From: Bigelowiella natans CCMP2755 | Taxonomy: Eukaryota > Protista > Cercozoa | Assembly: GCA_000320545.1 (NCBI GenBank) | Contig: ADNK01000535.1 | Span: 1-36,211, forward strand | Length of the DNA stretch: 36,211 nt | Direction of reading: 5' to 3' | In this document: one piece after another, positions 36,122 to 36,211 of the stretch | How positions within the stretch are numbered: the stretch's first letter is position 1 | Layout of the letters: every line of letters starts with the position of its first letter | The notes under the pieces: generated by a model | The model's database searches: none | Seen by the model: the letters and a program-made list of their open reading frames with translations, nothing else | What the model was told of the DNA's origin: nothing | Translations under genes and position numbers: made by a program

Positions 36122-36211
36122 GATGTGCGGTGGGCTGCTGTTTATGCCATAAGGTGATAGAGATCAGTGCCAAGGAGAACAAGTTCATGTCGACGTACTA
36201 CTTCTATCTGC
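32406..36211 (+). CDS. OSCA/CSC1/TMEM63 (ERD4-like) mechano/osmosensitive cation channel, 3' truncated
   Basis: FLIFEGLR...FFAPR, SLFGWVRGILQVPEQEIVDRSGMDAAVYLRFL, LLMPVYATG, LSNVEQESSRLWAP, HYTVLITKIP, AFVTFKT, AEP, IVFWAIP and KFMSTYYFY occur in the family's canonical order. Confidence 0.9.

Noticed and set aside
99-36188. Dozens of short ORFs rich in YIYI, CVCV, SLSL, poly-M or poly-L
   Set aside because: They are translations of intronic microsatellites or antisense frames of real genes.

Overview
This is eukaryotic nuclear DNA, rich in introns and microsatellites. I infer a protist, plausibly an alga with a secondary plastid such as a chlorarachniophyte; this is unverified. Most ORFs in the supplied track are artefacts of introns or simple repeats. 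Splicing by hand gives nine genes: a 5'-truncated multi-pass TRP-like membrane protein (+), a PLAC8-family protein (-), the Rab3GAP catalytic subunit (+), an intronless SAM-like protein (-), an approximately 11-exon soluble R-SNARE missing from the ORF track (+), an alpha/beta hydrolase with an in-frame TAG (-), a signal-peptide-bearing S1 RNA-binding protein (+), an RDH-like short-chain dehydrogenase (-), and a 3'-truncated OSCA/CSC1/TMEM63 channel (+). The most striking pattern is architectural. All nine genes alternate strand, and every tail-to-tail spacer is enriched in palindromic tetramers (CTAG, CATG, TGCA; about 50 CTAG in one 920-nt spacer by hand count), whereas head-to-head spacers are CTAG-poor. 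Exon boundaries and counts are manual and approximate.
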